Assembly (NCBI GenBank): GCA_013416795.1
Contig: RQSC01000842.1
Span: forward strand, 1-36,726
Direction of reading: 5' to 3'
From: Prasinococcaceae sp. CCMP 1430
Taxonomy: Eukaryota > Plantae > Prasinodermophyta
Length of the DNA: 36,726 nt
The number at the start of each line of letters is the position of its first letter. Positions within the stretch are counted from its first letter, which is position 1. Shown piece after piece: positions 35,932 to 36,726 of the stretch. Under the pieces are notes generated by a model. The model did no database searches and was not told the DNA's origin. It worked only from the letters and a program-made list of their open reading frames with translations. The translations under genes and the position numbers were made by a program.

Positions 35932-36666
35932 TCAGTCATCGTCGAGCGTGACGGCGCGCGGGCGCTTGCGCTGCTGCCCCCCGCTGAGCATGTGGTCGCA
36001 CTCTTCGAGTGTGTCTTTGGTGACGTAGTGCGTCGTGCCCGGGCACGGGCACGCTACGCGGCCCCCTCTCCCCTTGGCCGCAATGTACTGTAAGATGAAT
36101 TCCTTTTCGTACACGTACCCCTTCTCGTCTTGCACGGGTTCTCGGAGCTCTGGCAGCGGCACAGCACACAGCGGGCACTTCTTGTTGATGGTGCCCTGCG
36201 TCGGCTCCATTACGAGGTCCTCATCCTCCTGCCCCGGCATTGCCTCGCCGGCGTGGTTGACCGCCCAGATCTCCTGCTCGAACTTGGCGATCCTGTTGCG
36301 CGCGTTCTCCTGCTGGCGCGGATTCTGCTTCGCCTGCTGAGCGAGCTGTTCGATCGCGGCCGTGAAGCCGACGACCGACATGGCGCCGCTCTCCTGCCTC
36401 TGAGGCACGGCATGGTTGCCCTTTGAGATTTCGGCCAGCGCCTTGACGTGCGCGCGCGCGTCGGTCTCGACCTCGGTGAGCTCCTTGAACGCCGCCCTGA
36501 GCTTCTCAACACGCTCAGAGTCGCCGTACTTCTCGCACGCCAGCGCGGCGTCGATCACGGAGTTCATGCTGTTGACTCCCTCCTTCACGAACTCCTTGGC
36601 GCTCGTCATGAGGTCGGCCGCCTTCTCGTGCACCCGTGAGAGCTCGGCCACCCCCGCCGCCGCCAT
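35932..36666 (-). CDS. NSE2: NSE2/MMS21 (HPY2) SUMO E3 ligase subunit of SMC5/6
   Basis: Helical N-terminus, then WAVNHAGEAMPGQEDEDLVM (plant HPY2 WNVHHAGEPMPGDDDEDIVM, from memory) and CPL...PV...VYEK..ILQYI...CP domain. ATG at 36666. Confidence 0.88.
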   Translation of the reverse strand: MAAAGVAELSRVHEKAADLMTSAKEFVKEGVNSMNSVIDAALACEKYGDSERVEKLRAAFKELTEVETDARAHVKALAEISKGNHAVPQRQESGAMSVVGFTAAIEQLAQQAKQNPRQQENARNRIAKFEQEIWAVNHAGEAMPGQEDEDLVMEPTQGTINKKCPLCAVPLPELREPVQDEKGYVYEKEFILQYIAAKGRGGRVACPCPGTTHYVTKDTLEECDHMLSGGQQRKRPRAVTLDDD

Positions 36667-36726
36667 CGCGTCGCACGACGCGCGGCGCCTCGTCCCCGGC
36701 GCCGGGCGCAACGGCTGCGCGCGCGG

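Noticed and set aside
1-36726. A functional gene cluster (redox/oxygen genes peroxidase, PHD, SUFE1, sHSP; or surface-signalling genes peroxidase, EGF protein, non-RD kinase)
   Set aside because: The genes are interspersed with unrelated housekeeping genes, and I saw no shared regulatory motif. Random adjacency is sufficient.
1-36726. CRISPR arrays, tRNA/rRNA genes, transposase or reverse-transcriptase ORFs
   Set aside because: No repeat-spacer periodicity, cloverleaf, rRNA-like stretch or mobile-element protein motif was seen.

Overview
Gene-dense, very GC-rich eukaryotic nuclear DNA, most likely from a unicellular green alga of an early-branching green lineage (inference from plant-type APEM9, SUFE1, EMF2, HPY2/MMS21 and DUF3007 homologues, 116-215 nt spliceosomal introns with CTGAC branch points, and TGTAA poly(A)-type motifs). 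I can support 17 protein-coding genes in almost strictly alternating orientation: an FG-GAP/ASPIC-UnbV/Ig-like/heme-peroxidase/TM fusion (5'-truncated), APEM9/PEX26-type peroxin, DUF3007, C3HC4 RING, UPF0114, organellar small HSP with two heat-shock elements, EGF-repeat membrane protein, kinesin-7-like protein with degenerate switch motifs, non-RD TKL kinase, EGLN/PHD-like prolyl hydroxylase, DEDDh exonuclease, FAM135 lipase-like protein, SufE-BolA, eIF2A, alpha/beta hydrolase, EMF2/SUZ12 and NSE2/MMS21. I found no tRNA, rRNA, CRISPR array or transposon. The best novelty candidate is the membrane-anchored propeller-peroxidase fusion. Next are a probable pseudo-kinesin, an NSE2 that has lost its zinc ligands and looks U-box-like, and an animal-PHD-like hydroxylase in a lineage without HIF. 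All family calls rest on motif recognition from memory; no database search was run.
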